64,000 nt of DNA from Candidatus Obscuribacteraceae bacterium (GCA_044226015.1 JBGAHS010000005.1:1-64000), one strand, 5' to 3'. Shown: positions 1 through 13,045, numbered from the stretch's first letter. The notes: a model not told the origin generated them from the letters alone. Numbers and translations: made by a program.

Positions 1-2717
<2,717 letters not shown>

Positions 2718-3079
2718 TCGAGAAACCTTGTAAACTTTGGGGTGTGCAGATTTTGATATGAAAACTATAAATGCTATCTACTACAATGTCGCTTTAATTT
2801 GGAATTTGTGGAAAACTCGTAGCAAGTCCGTAAAGTGCTGCAGTGCAGCCTGTTTCGAGCTTCTGACGCCGTTTGCCTTGGTGAAAATACGATAAGCCTT
2901 CGTATTTCTACCATGCGAAAATGTTGAATTCGTGTGTACTTGTGCAGTTTTTGTTGCTCGATTCTTCATTGCAATCTGGCGTGGCGTCTCAAAAGGCGAG
3001 GCGACAGGATACGAGCGCAAGTCAGGTTTTCATTTCTGACTCATTGGCTGCAAAGATCCAAACGTCGATAGCTGAAGCG

Positions 3080-4624
3080 CTAAATCATCCACAGGAGAAG
3101 ATTGCCGCTAAATACTGCGATAGGAATGTTTCCTTTGGGGTCGAAATACAATTCCCCATTTGTGCTGGAACTTTTGTGGCTTTTTAGATTGTTTTTCTCT
3201 GAATCAGGCATTACAAACCAATTGGAAATTGACCATTGCTTGTTTGTAAGCTCTGATGGAATTTCGCCTGCTTGGAAGACAACGAACACTTCAGGAAATC
3301 CTAGCATAGAGCTTCCCATCTTCAGTTCGTAAGATACTGGTATGCCCTGTGACTCTGCCAGGATATACGCAGCTCTCTGGAAATCTTTGCTTGCATTCTT
3401 CAACGAGAAGCAACTGTATATCCAACTACCGAGTGAGATTGAGCTTATTGCTACTACATATGGATAGAGTTGAGGAGAGAGGAAAAAGAATGGACTTGTT
3501 GATAAAACCGATAGAAATAGCAATCCTTCGTTGAAATGTAATTTGCTCTTGTATTTGTTCAATAAATATGGATACCAGAACCGCAGTTGTTCATTGGGAT
3601 CTTTTGCTGTGGGCGGAGGCGAATGTATTTGCCTGGCCATTTCCAGTGCCTTCAGCCACGGTGAAGTGCTCGGTGTTGATCGAGGCTTTAGAGGTTTCAG
3701 TCTGTTAACGCATCGATCTACAACAGCTCGCTGACCCAGGCTCGGAATTCCGGGATAAGGTTGTTTGAGCACTGCCCGCAGCAGGCGAGCGTTTCGGACA
3801 ATTTCTTTGGAGCGATGCTGCTCGAGCAGATGGAACAAAACCGATGTGTCTGGGCTCACGAAGTCATCTCTGGTGAACAAGAGGCTCTCGAAATCTTCAT
3901 CTGCGCATTTCACCAAACCTGGGTCAGCAGCCAGAATTCGCAATGAGATGTATATCACCCAGATGGAAAAATTATCGAGTTCAGGTCCAAAGTCTTGTGC
4001 AGAGCGCTTGGGATGCTGGTAATTGCGATGACCAAGCTCTGCGCTAAGCAATCCAGAAAGCTGCGGTACGTATACGCCATCATAGTCGACGAGCAGCAAC
4101 CTATCGCCATCAATAATGAGATTTGCGTGCTGAAGGTCTCCATGCGCGATTTTTCGCGCTTGCATTTCCTCGACGAGTTGTTTCAACTGTTCAGCAAGCC
4201 AGAGTAATTTCGCTGGACTATTAGCTTGTTCTCGCACGAATTGGTCGAGCGTAACTCCATCGACCCATTCCATTTTGAGGACGGGAAACCAGTTATTGCC
4301 AATTCTTATACCTTCACGCAAGAAAGAGAATGGAACAGCAAATTTGAATCCCTGGTTCAGAAAATGTTCAGAGATTGCCTCATATCTTTCATGTTGATCG
4401 CCTTCTTGCAAAAAACAACGCACGGCCCATGTTCGCCCGCCACTAGTAAGTTTATAGACTGACGCGAAGTTTCCAGAAATTGGGCGTGGCAGACCAAGCG
4501 CATCAATTTCAACTTCACCAAGCTTTAGATCTTCATCTGCAAAAGCAAACTGCGGATTTTGAATGGCTTCATTGTAATCTTGCGGTGACGGCCAGGTAAC
4601 TTTTGCGGTAATGCTGGGGTTCAT
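3080..4624 (-). CDS. Atypical protein kinase-fold protein with C-terminal membrane helices
   Basis: SGNFASVYKL Gly-loop, WAVRCF, MEWVDG, HGDLQHANL catalytic loop, LVDYDG in place of DFG, NYQHP; two hydrophobic segments near residues 365-410. Confidence 0.8.
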   Translation of the reverse strand: MNPSITAKVTWPSPQDYNEAIQNPQFAFADEDLKLGEVEIDALGLPRPISGNFASVYKLTSGGRTWAVRCFLQEGDQHERYEAISEHFLNQGFKFAVPFSFLREGIRIGNNWFPVLKMEWVDGVTLDQFVREQANSPAKLLWLAEQLKQLVEEMQARKIAHGDLQHANLIIDGDRLLLVDYDGVYVPQLSGLLSAELGHRNYQHPKRSAQDFGPELDNFSIWVIYISLRILAADPGLVKCADEDFESLLFTRDDFVSPDTSVLFHLLEQHRSKEIVRNARLLRAVLKQPYPGIPSLGQRAVVDRCVNRLKPLKPRSTPSTSPWLKALEMARQIHSPPPTAKDPNEQLRFWYPYLLNKYKSKLHFNEGLLFLSVLSTSPFFFLSPQLYPYVVAISSISLGSWIYSCFSLKNASKDFQRAAYILAESQGIPVSYELKMGSSMLGFPEVFVVFQAGEIPSELTNKQWSISNWFVMPDSEKNNLKSHKSSSTNGELYFDPKGNIPIAVFSGNLLLWMI

Positions 4625-4683
4625 TGGTCGAGCAGCAGATGAAATAGTCTCTTCTATTATTCCCGCTAAGCTCTGGAATTAGA

Positions 4684-5373
4684 CTAGAAGCCGCGGCGAG
4701 CATAGTTGCTTGCCTGATTTGCATAACCAGATGCTGAGTTAGCTTGTTCTAGAGCGGCTTGTGCAACCTCAGCAGGGTTTAACGAACCTGCCTGAGATAC
4801 TTCTTGCGCTTGGCGGGCAGCCTGCTGAGCCAGCCCGGCATAGTAACGCGACTTTTGGGCGGCTTCCTCTCTTTCCTGAGTATTTCTGGCATATTTTGCT
4901 CTGGCTGCTGCAGCCTGAGCCATCTGAGAATAATGTTGAGCGTTTTGTAAGTCGCTTTGAGTTTGATAGAGGGTCATGGGGTTGGCGTTTGAGACATAAT
5001 TTGTGTCATCCCACATGTAATGAAGCATGCCAAAGGGGCTGAGGTTAAACGGGTTTCCGCCGGCTTGTGTTGCCATGCCTCCGGCTGGCTGGCTGTGAGT
5101 CAGGTTTCTCCACAAAGTGGAATTTCTCAAAGCTGCTATAGACGAGTTAGCATAAGGCATTCCATATTGCGTGTAACTGTGAGCGAATGCCTGAGGAGTT
5201 GGTGTTACAGGTGGTGCCGTATAGTAATTCGACCTTCCGTTTGTCCAATTAGACTTCTGGTCTACGTGGTTCAGCATCTTTTGCAAATTAGAGTATTCAT
5301 CAGCAAAGCATGAAAATGGAAAACAGAGCGCCAGGCTCAAACTTAGCATGACACTCTGCTTTGCAATTTTCAT
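4684..5373 (-). CDS. Secreted hypothetical protein with Ala/Gln-rich helical C-terminus
   Basis: 229-aa ORF with signal peptide (MKIAKQSVMLSLSLALCFPFSCFA-D), co-oriented with and close to its neighbours. Confidence 0.7.
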   Translation of the reverse strand: MKIAKQSVMLSLSLALCFPFSCFADEYSNLQKMLNHVDQKSNWTNGRSNYYTAPPVTPTPQAFAHSYTQYGMPYANSSIAALRNSTLWRNLTHSQPAGGMATQAGGNPFNLSPFGMLHYMWDDTNYVSNANPMTLYQTQSDLQNAQHYSQMAQAAAARAKYARNTQEREEAAQKSRYYAGLAQQAARQAQEVSQAGSLNPAEVAQAALEQANSASGYANQASNYARRGF

Positions 5374-5385
5374 TTTAGATTTTCA

Positions 5386-6090
5386 CTAAACAGCTTCGTG
5401 GAAAATTACAGCTGCTGCGATTGTGTTTCCATCGATTTTAACTGGACGCGACGTGCATTTTATATGGCGTCCATTCGGCAATGCTGGATTTTTCAAGTAA
5501 ATATCAGCGTTGTCTACCGACTCTCCGTTCAAAGCTTTTATCAGTGGCAGCTCGGAAGATTGGTACTTAGTTACTTTATCTGTTTTGTAAGTTCCATAAT
5601 ACTCTGGCCATTCCTCTGCCTTAAGCGCAGGCACGGCCTCGATTCCAAGCAATTCTTGTGCTGAATTGTTGAAGAAAATGAATCCATCTTGGTCTGCAAT
5701 AATCAGACCATCGGTCATACGCTCATTGTAGTAGCGAATGATTTCTGAATGAAGACCATTTCTCTCTTCGTTTGTTCTCAGAGCCTCAAGATCAACTCTG
5801 CTAGCTAGATTGAGTTCAACCAGGGCGATCAGTTCTGATGTGGAAATTTCCAGCGCTCGCGCCAATGTTGAGACATTGCGAAGTGAGGGATGCCTTGCTC
5901 CACGTTCTACATCACATATATATGAACGTGCTAGTCCTGAACGTCTGGCGATCTCCTCTTGAGATAGCGTCAGTCTCTGACGCCGGTCACGAATGACCTG
6001 GCAGCATGTAGCTGCAAAAGTTTCCGGGAGTTGCATTTGTCTATTGCTCCTGCATTGCGGCCGAATTAAAGTGTCACGCCTCGATGTCAC
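5386..6090 (-). CDS. XRE-family helix-turn-helix regulator with C-terminal PAS-like domain
   Basis: LSQEEIARRSGLARSYICDVERGARHPSL is a typical HTH_3 signature; DGLIIADQDGFIFFNNSAQELLG is a PAS start. The real start may be the ATG of MQLPETF. Confidence 0.85.
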   Translation of the reverse strand: MTSRRDTLIRPQCRSNRQMQLPETFAATCCQVIRDRRQRLTLSQEEIARRSGLARSYICDVERGARHPSLRNVSTLARALEISTSELIALVELNLASRVDLEALRTNEERNGLHSEIIRYYNERMTDGLIIADQDGFIFFNNSAQELLGIEAVPALKAEEWPEYYGTYKTDKVTKYQSSELPLIKALNGESVDNADIYLKNPALPNGRHIKCTSRPVKIDGNTIAAAVIFHEAV

Positions 6091-6357
6091 TAGTATTACT
6101 TAAGACCATTGTTGAATCGTCAGCCACATTACCGATTTTCATTGATGGCATCTAGCGGATTTTCAATCCTCCAAGTGACTTGATCGGCTCCGATCCGCGA
6201 CTTATTGAGGTCTGGATTATACCGTTTCACAAGGCTTTTGGTAACCCTTTGCAAATCAACCGATGCTTGTCGGAGGAAAAGTTTGGAACTGGCTAGTAAT
6301 TGCATCGGTCTCAGAAAAAACGTGACGCCACCAAATATGATGGCGTAAATAATATTA

Positions 6358-6765
6358 CTACTCTGGTGTTTCTGGCAACCAGTCAGATTTCCATTCGACG
6401 AGATATCTCTTAATAGCAGTGCAAAACTCATAGGATTCTATTGGATACCGCATTAGAAGTTCGACCCCTGAAGGTGGTTCGATTTGTGGTAGCTCAATCG
6501 ATTGCGCTGATCGACGCATCAAAAATACTACTGGAATAGCTTGCAATGATTCTTCGGCTTTGAGTTCATTGAGGAAGTTAAGAGCCCAGCTTTCTGAGTC
6601 AGCATATTCACATATAATCACGCAAGGATGATTCTTTTGCGCAAGAAAAAGTGCGAGGGCTTCGCTACTTGCTTTGATAAGATCACATTCATAGTTGCTT
6701 AACGCAGACTTTATGAAATTGAAAACTTCCTCGTTTTGGAAGGCGCAGAGCACTTTGACAGCCAC
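6358..6765 (-). CDS. Stand-alone atypical (pseudo-)receiver domain protein
   Basis: CheY-like pattern (ASSEALALFLAQKNHPCVIICE...LKAEESLQAIPVVFL...RYPI); acidic pocket, phospho-Asp and KP lysine appear replaced. Confidence 0.7.
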   Translation of the reverse strand: MAVKVLCAFQNEEVFNFIKSALSNYECDLIKASSEALALFLAQKNHPCVIICEYADSESWALNFLNELKAEESLQAIPVVFLMRRSAQSIELPQIEPPSGVELLMRYPIESYEFCTAIKRYLVEWKSDWLPETPE

Positions 6766-6875
6766 GGCTTATCCTCATTAGCAAATCAATTCTACGCTGA
6801 AACTTGCTTTCACAATGGATTCATTGAGTTATTTCAGATCTAAAATAGCAAGGTCAGTGGTCAAGATTAAAAGCA

Positions 6876-7961
6876 GTGAAGAAAACTATAGCCAGCATTG
6901 CCGCATTGATCGGTTTAATCGTTTCTGTTCAGCAGTCTGTAATTGCTCGTGACGACGTCACTGAAGCAACCATAAATCAAATTCTTGAAAGCATCGATGC
7001 TCCGAAAGAAGAAAAGAAGAAAGATACTCCCAGCGCTAACGCTGCGCCAGCAGAGACTAAGCAAGCCGTCTTGCGTGAGGAAGACCTTGCTTCTTTCCCC
7101 TTTGATCACAACATTTTGCCAGTAGAGTATTTGAACTTTCTGAACGATTCATCTTGTGACTTGCGCAAAGTTGGCGAAGCTTTGATGGAACGCAAGAAGC
7201 AATTCATGCTGCGCTGGGAAGACCCAAGCAAATACAAGGATGTGGGCAAGTTTCCGAGTTCTTCTGATGAGATTGAGTTGCTGTGTATTTTTCCTGAGAA
7301 ATACATTGACTCATTACTCAGTAAGGGGCAGCTGAATCTTCATCAGGTGAAGCATAGTCGCGGTGTATGCGATGCTGCCGTGAGAGCACATGCTGAAGAT
7401 TTTATGGTTGGCATTCACCTGGAAAACAAATACAACGAGGACCCTGCCTGTCATTTGCAATTTTTACGTCCTAAATATGGATTCGTAAATTTCCTCAAGC
7501 CTAGCGGAATCAAGGTTAACCCCTATCGCTTGTTGCAATATGGCACAGTCATCATCGTATACAACGATGATGTGAAACGCCGAAGTAGCTACACCTTTGG
7601 TGATAGTCTTGCTTCGTATTGTGAAGCATGGGAAATTACTTTGCATCCGCTCGACCCGCGCCCCACCACGATGTTGAGACCACCTGGAGAAGACGATTTC
7701 GCAAATTGTCGATATGTAGAAGCTCAAATCTGGGGTCCGGTAGAGCTTAAAGACATTAAGGAGTTTCGCATTCCAGCTGATCGCAGCGACCTTTTATCCT
7801 TGCTCAGCAAGTCTGGAAAACCTGTGTTCAGCTACGATCGCAATATTATGGAATCAAACGACTACTTTATGGATGTGTCTGAGTGCGGTTGGACGCGAGG
7901 TCAAGCTCTCAATGATGCAGCTAAAGCAATCGTGAAAAGCTCGCAGGTTGCTGCGAAATAG
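6876..7961 (+). CDS. Secreted DUF3626-like protein
   Basis: Signal peptide; RPKYGFVNF, QYG, VKRRSSYTFGDS and YVEAQIWGPVELKDI match the DUF3626 pattern as I recall it. Confidence 0.6.
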   Translation: MKKTIASIAALIGLIVSVQQSVIARDDVTEATINQILESIDAPKEEKKKDTPSANAAPAETKQAVLREEDLASFPFDHNILPVEYLNFLNDSSCDLRKVGEALMERKKQFMLRWEDPSKYKDVGKFPSSSDEIELLCIFPEKYIDSLLSKGQLNLHQVKHSRGVCDAAVRAHAEDFMVGIHLENKYNEDPACHLQFLRPKYGFVNFLKPSGIKVNPYRLLQYGTVIIVYNDDVKRRSSYTFGDSLASYCEAWEITLHPLDPRPTTMLRPPGEDDFANCRYVEAQIWGPVELKDIKEFRIPADRSDLLSLLSKSGKPVFSYDRNIMESNDYFMDVSECGWTRGQALNDAAKAIVKSSQVAAK

Positions 7962-8060
7962 ATCGCTTTAGCTTTTATGGTGGCATCTTAAATTGCTTAA
8001 GCGTGATCTTCTTATTGTTCAATAAGATCGTCAAATAGCTCTTCTTGCAGCGAAGAGGCT

Positions 8061-9527
8061 TTACTTTGATATCGAGAAACTGTCAACCACGGAACCATCG
8101 CAGGCTACCTGATTTACAGTTAGTTTCTTTCCTTCCGCATGGCAGAAGGTCATAGAATGCTGTTTTGCAATGAATTTTTTTGTGAATGGAAGCCATTGTC
8201 CGGGCTCAACATCTAGTTCTGGACTACTTAAATGCGCTCCACCTGCACCAGTTACAACGTAAATGATGCCTTTCGGTTTCGTTATCTTGTCGCCATCATA
8301 GCTTTTGTCTATCTCGAATTTACCAAAAACGAAACCTGCTTTTGCTTCTCTATCACCTGCTGGCGCGGCCACTTCCTTGAAGCGAAGTGGATATGAGCGC
8401 TGATATGAGTGACTGTGGCCTGCAAAACATATGTCAACACCTGTGCGCTCAAAAATATCGCAGAGGTGTCTCATTTGCTGATGTTCGCGGTGAGCCCAAT
8501 CAGAGTTGAAGCCCGGGTGATGGAAGCAAACCACTTTCCATGGAGCTTTGCTTGTTTTCAAATCGTTTTCTACCCACGCTCTTAATTTGGCATCTGTCCA
8601 GTCGACATAGAGATTTGCATCAAGGGCCAGGAAGTGGCAGTCGCCGTAATCGAAGGAGAACATTCCCATCTTAGGATATGTCGGTCCTGCGCATTTTAAG
8701 AACTCATCTATGCGCTCTTGGCTGCCACGAGGAACAGGAGCGTTTTTGTCAGCTTCACTGACTGGTCCATTCAATGGCTGATGCCAGAGTAAGTAATAAG
8801 CGAGCCCATCGGCAGAAAGTGTCAGATCTCTGGCGTCGATGCCGCCTGCGTCTGCCACATCATGATTACCAACCACACCGACAGTCAGAGTAGAACGTAG
8901 TACTGGTGTGCCTTTTATGGAGGAAACGTCTTCATTCAAAAATGGATAGAAGTTTCGCAAGTAATTGCTCATGCTTCCTACCGGATAGACGATGTCTCCC
9001 ATGATGAGAACTAATGGTGGATGCTTGACTCTCCAGAGCCCTGCTACATCAGATTCGCCGTCGGTGCCCTGTCCAATGTCGCCTAGAACTCCGAAATCCA
9101 CTGGCTTGCCTGTTTCCGGGGGTGACTTGACTGCGGATTCGAAGAGTACTTTTCCTGCGTTGCTGACTCTGTAATCGATTGTTGAACCAGCCGGAAGGTC
9201 GCCCAACTCTGTGCTGATGATTTTGAGCTTGGGATGCCCATTTACAGATTGAGTGCTGAACTTATTTGTTCGCTTCCATGTTTTTTCTTCAGCTGATTTG
9301 TATTCTACAGTCAGACTTGACGACGGAGCTTCCTCGGCCACCCAGGTTATTGCAAAGCCTTTGCCTTTGTATTGATAGCCAAGTTGAATGCTTGGTGGAA
9401 CTCGGAAATAGTTGCCAGCCGAATAAGTCGGAGTGCCAAGCAAACTAAAAATTGTTGCTGCGCTCATCGCGCTGACAAATAACTTTCTGCCAAAATTTCT
9501 CATCATTTGCGAAACCTGAAACTGCAT
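8061..9527 (-). CDS. Secreted purple acid phosphatase / calcineurin-like metallophosphoesterase
   Basis: GDIG, GDIVY, GNHD, FHHP and GHSH metal motifs in order; N-terminal signal and FN3-like region. Confidence 0.9.
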   Translation of the reverse strand: MQFQVSQMMRNFGRKLFVSAMSAATIFSLLGTPTYSAGNYFRVPPSIQLGYQYKGKGFAITWVAEEAPSSSLTVEYKSAEEKTWKRTNKFSTQSVNGHPKLKIISTELGDLPAGSTIDYRVSNAGKVLFESAVKSPPETGKPVDFGVLGDIGQGTDGESDVAGLWRVKHPPLVLIMGDIVYPVGSMSNYLRNFYPFLNEDVSSIKGTPVLRSTLTVGVVGNHDVADAGGIDARDLTLSADGLAYYLLWHQPLNGPVSEADKNAPVPRGSQERIDEFLKCAGPTYPKMGMFSFDYGDCHFLALDANLYVDWTDAKLRAWVENDLKTSKAPWKVVCFHHPGFNSDWAHREHQQMRHLCDIFERTGVDICFAGHSHSYQRSYPLRFKEVAAPAGDREAKAGFVFGKFEIDKSYDGDKITKPKGIIYVVTGAGGAHLSSPELDVEPGQWLPFTKKFIAKQHSMTFCHAEGKKLTVNQVACDGSVVDSFSISK

Positions 9528-9631
9528 CAGCTAAAGACTACACAATGGAGAAAATTCTGAAATGACCACGGATTCATGTCGAGGTTAAACAAAACTACGC
9601 GTTATATTGTTCGTGTCTTCTTCGAAACTAA

Positions 9632-10759
9632 TCAGGCTTGTAAGAAGTCCGCAAATTGCTCTGCATTAAAAGTCTTTCGCAGTTTTCTCATGGCTCTAAT
9701 CGTAGCTCGTCTGACCATTATGCTCTCTGTTTTCATTTCGAAAGCGATTTCAGCATCTGTCGGATGAGCTTTGATGCCAATTCCATAACGCAACTCAACA
9801 ACTTGTCTTTCCTCCTTGCTGAGTTTGCTGAGCATCATTTTTATTTTTTCTGCAAGCAGTTCTACTTCAACTTCTTCTTCTGGAGACAAGCTGCTTTTGT
9901 CTTCTATCACTTTTTCTAGAGTGTCTTCACTATCGCTGTTGATAGACTCATCCAGGGAAACAACCTGGTAGTTACTTCGAAAGATGTGATTGATTTCTTC
10001 GACTGGAAGTCCAGATACTTTCGAGAGTTCTTCTGGAGTTGGAGCCCGTCCGTGGGTCTGGTAGAAAGGTTTTGCTGCTTTGCGTAAGCGATAGAATTCT
10101 TGAGTTATGTGAATTGGAATTCTAACGGGGCGCGATTTGTTGGACAGTGCTCGTTGTACTGCCTGTCGAATCCACCAGGTAGCATAAGTGGAGAACCTTG
10201 TTCCTTTGGTCGGGTCGAACTTGAGTGCAGCTTGCATCAAGCCCATGTTGCCCTCTTGTATAAGGTCTTCCAGCTCCATGCCTTGTCTTGCGTAGCGCTT
10301 CGCAATGCTGACTACGAGTCTCAGGTTTGACGAGACCAACTTACGCAATGCAGAGTGGCTGCCGCTTTTGATTTGTCTTGCCAGTTCGATTTCGTCAGTT
10401 GCAGAAATCAATTTGTTCTTCGACACCTCAAGTAGGTAAGACCGGAGGCTCCCCGAATCGACATTAGGCGTAGCATCAGAGATGCCCTCATTATGTTGAT
10501 TATCTTCCTGGTCGTTTTCCTTGATTGCTGGCGTAAACTGAGCGTTGCTGATGCCATCATTTATGGTGTCAGGCTTTGAGACGGAAGTCTTGAAAAAGAA
10601 TTTGCTTCCGTGTTCTCTATCAGTAGTTTGTTCAGTTTCATCAGAGAAGCCTGTGAACCATTCAGCTGGTTCTTGCGCTTCCGAATCGAAATGTCCAGTA
10701 AACACAAAAATCACCCCCCTATAACGGGCAATCACGTCCCGTTCAGTGTTTTCAGGCAA
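9632..10759 (-). CDS. Sigma-70 family RNA polymerase sigma factor (RpoD/RpoS-like alternative)
   Basis: Region 1.2 SLRSYLLEV; region 2 [36 protein letters not shown]; region 3 VSLDESI; divergent region 4. Start codon uncertain. Confidence 0.93.
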   Translation of the reverse strand: MPENTERDVIARYRGVIFVFTGHFDSEAQEPAEWFTGFSDETEQTTDREHGSKFFFKTSVSKPDTINDGISNAQFTPAIKENDQEDNQHNEGISDATPNVDSGSLRSYLLEVSKNKLISATDEIELARQIKSGSHSALRKLVSSNLRLVVSIAKRYARQGMELEDLIQEGNMGLMQAALKFDPTKGTRFSTYATWWIRQAVQRALSNKSRPVRIPIHITQEFYRLRKAAKPFYQTHGRAPTPEELSKVSGLPVEEINHIFRSNYQVVSLDESINSDSEDTLEKVIEDKSSLSPEEEVEVELLAEKIKMMLSKLSKEERQVVELRYGIGIKAHPTDAEIAFEMKTESIMVRRATIRAMRKLRKTFNAEQFADFLQA

Positions 10760-11931
10760 GTTAATCCGGCCGAATCAATACATCGTTTTGATTCGAGTTC
10801 GGCAGGACACGCATCGACAAATGCGAATCGCCTATTTTTTTTATTTTTTACGCAGGAGTCAGAACTTTGTATGTTGAGTACGCGTTACAGGAGTTGTGCA
10901 ATGGCGCCTCAACAATTTTTTTTGTGAACAGAAACATTTGCTACGCATGTGCTTCTTGCTCGTCGTTTCCTAACAAACGGTCCCGGAGACGCTCTTTTCG
11001 GAGCTTATCTCAGGGACCAATATCTGCCTGGTGGCATAATGATTACCTCGTGCTTTTCTGCTCAGAGTTCCTGGGGAAATCTGCTTAAATGCCGGACACA
11101 AGTTTTTTTTCGTCACTCACTATTATTGCACTATTTTTCGCTTTTAGATCACTTTTTCTTTTTTCTGTCAATAACCGAAAGGATGAGTGAAAGGATGAAA
11201 TGTACTTCTAATCTGGGTTTCGCGTGTCGATCTGCTGCCGCAAAAATAATAATTTGATTGCAGATCCGAATGCTCGAAAGCCTTGATCTGTGAACGTATA
11301 AGTGAACGTGGTGTTCACCAGGATACTGTCCAATTCTTCATCTTCGTAGATTGATTTGAGTAAGAGTGAAGCGAGCATTCGATCTGAACATTCAATTTCT
11401 CAACTCAATTTTTTTTTCGTGAAATTTGAATGTATGGTGAAACTACGAAAAGCATAAGTCCGCTCACAAAAGCCTTTCCACCTTCATGCTTTGAGTAGTT
11501 TTTTTCTCATGAGTGATGCAGATATGTGAACGCAATCAACACGCAATTTTGTTTTGATTTTGTGAAAGATTCGATTAAGTTCAGCTTACCAACAGCATCT
11601 TGAGTTGATACCAAAAACGGTGACTTTGATTTGTGATATTCACTCCGTAATTACTCTTGCATCAGACTAAAAGATTCCCCTGTCGATTTGATGTATGCGG
11701 TGAATGCTTTCTAGGTTTAGCTTTAGCGGAAAAGCAAGATCTCTGAAATCTGATGAATGCAATCATCTCTGGCATCAAAAGCGAGCTTCGTTTGATTAGG
11801 ATTTTGGGATGTGCTGGCGATTAAGTCCAAAAGCCTGAGACAATAAAAATGGGAGAACTCCAAAGTGACAAAACTCACCACTAGTCAGATTCGACAAATG
11901 ATGATAAAACTCATATAGAGTCGGAGGTCCC

Positions 11932-12156
11932 ATGAAGACAGTGAGTCCGAAAACTAAGAAAGCTGCAAAAACAAAGAAAACCACTGGAAAGAAAGTCGCT
12001 GATGCACTTTCCATTTGTCCTGTTAACGGAGCGGGCTGGTGTCCTTATCCATTTTCGGCTTCCCAACTGAAAAAGCGTCTTAAAAGGTTGCAGGAAGAAG
12101 AGCAGCAAGCCCAAGAAGAGCTGACAGCAAAGAAGAAGCTAGTTCGAGCGAAATAG
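11932..12156 (+). CDS. Small basic protein (Lys-rich N-terminus, CPVNGAGWCPYPF core, coiled-coil tail)
   Basis: GGAGG at 11923-11927 before the ATG; coherent protein-like composition. Confidence 0.65.
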   Translation: MKTVSPKTKKAAKTKKTTGKKVADALSICPVNGAGWCPYPFSASQLKKRLKRLQEEEQQAQEELTAKKKLVRAK

Positions 12157-12244
12157 CAAAAACTGCGCTGAAAGTTCGTCAAGCAAAAACACCCGTCCAG
12201 CAAAATCTGCGGGTGAGGTCCTTCAGGCAACACAACACTGTTAG

Positions 12245-12338
12245 CTCGCGCATCTTGCTGGCTTCAAGGTTGAGTTGACTGTTGCGTTTGCCAATTGTCT
12301 GTGCGCAGCTGGGAGCTCTCGCGCATCTTGCTGGCTTC
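12245..12338. repeat. 21-bp direct repeat CTCGCGCATCTTGCTGGCTTC, two copies, REP-like
   Basis: Identical copies at 12245-12265 and 12318-12338, between convergent genes. Confidence 0.8.
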
Positions 12339-12922
12339 TAGTTCTGCATGTTGTATTTCATCTGCGAAACCTTAGTTTCATATTGAGTCGCTTCCTCAGA
12401 CCTGTGATGCGTTCGCAGGAAACTTGAGTAGAGTTCGTAGCATGCCATAAGTTTAGTCTGGTCTTTCGGTGGAACTGTAGTACGAATGTCTTCGAGCCGC
12501 TTAAGAGCGCCTTCGGCTTCTGCCGTCTTTCCGTGCCGATCATACAGTTCTATGATCCCCGGCAAGTAGTCGGCGTACTGGGCATTTCGCCATCCGTTCT
12601 CACAGAATTTCTTGAGTGTTTCCAAACCCATCTCATATATAGATTCTGCTTGTGAAGTATCTCCCTTCTTCTCTCGACATTTCGAGATGCCCACAAGGCA
12701 GTCTACGACGGAGAATCCGAACTTCTTTAGCTCGTCTTTGTCAGAGGCTTTAGCCGCCTCGAGCAATTTTTCAGCCTTACGAAAACCTTCTTCTGCCTCG
12801 TCAGGATTTCCATCCTTTAAGTCTGTCTGTGCCTGGCTCAAAACGGTTTGCCAGTCTTCCGCATTTGCAGCTGGCATGAGACAGAACATCAAAGCAGCGG
12901 TAAGACAAATCAATCGGTTCAT
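12338..12922 (-). CDS. Secreted TPR-like helical protein
   Basis: Signal peptide (AANA-E); TPR-like helices such as GDTSQAESIYEMGL and HGKTAEAEGAL. Confidence 0.75.
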   Translation of the reverse strand: MNRLICLTAALMFCLMPAANAEDWQTVLSQAQTDLKDGNPDEAEEGFRKAEKLLEAAKASDKDELKKFGFSVVDCLVGISKCREKKGDTSQAESIYEMGLETLKKFCENGWRNAQYADYLPGIIELYDRHGKTAEAEGALKRLEDIRTTVPPKDQTKLMACYELYSSFLRTHHRSEEATQYETKVSQMKYNMQN

Positions 12923-12984
12923 TCGCTAGTCTCCACAGTCATTAGCTATTGTTCCCAGCATGAAGGAAAAGCCGACGGTAGTGT

Positions 12985-13018
12985 AAAAGACAAAATCCAG
13001 CGGGCGACCGCCGGATTT
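12985..13018 (-). terminator. Intrinsic terminator after the small Cys/Lys-rich gene
   Basis: Minus strand AAATCCGGCGG-TCGC-CCGCTGGATTT hairpin followed by TGTCTTTT. Confidence 0.7.
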
Positions 13019-13045
13019 GCCACATTTCTAATAACCGTAAGCGGC

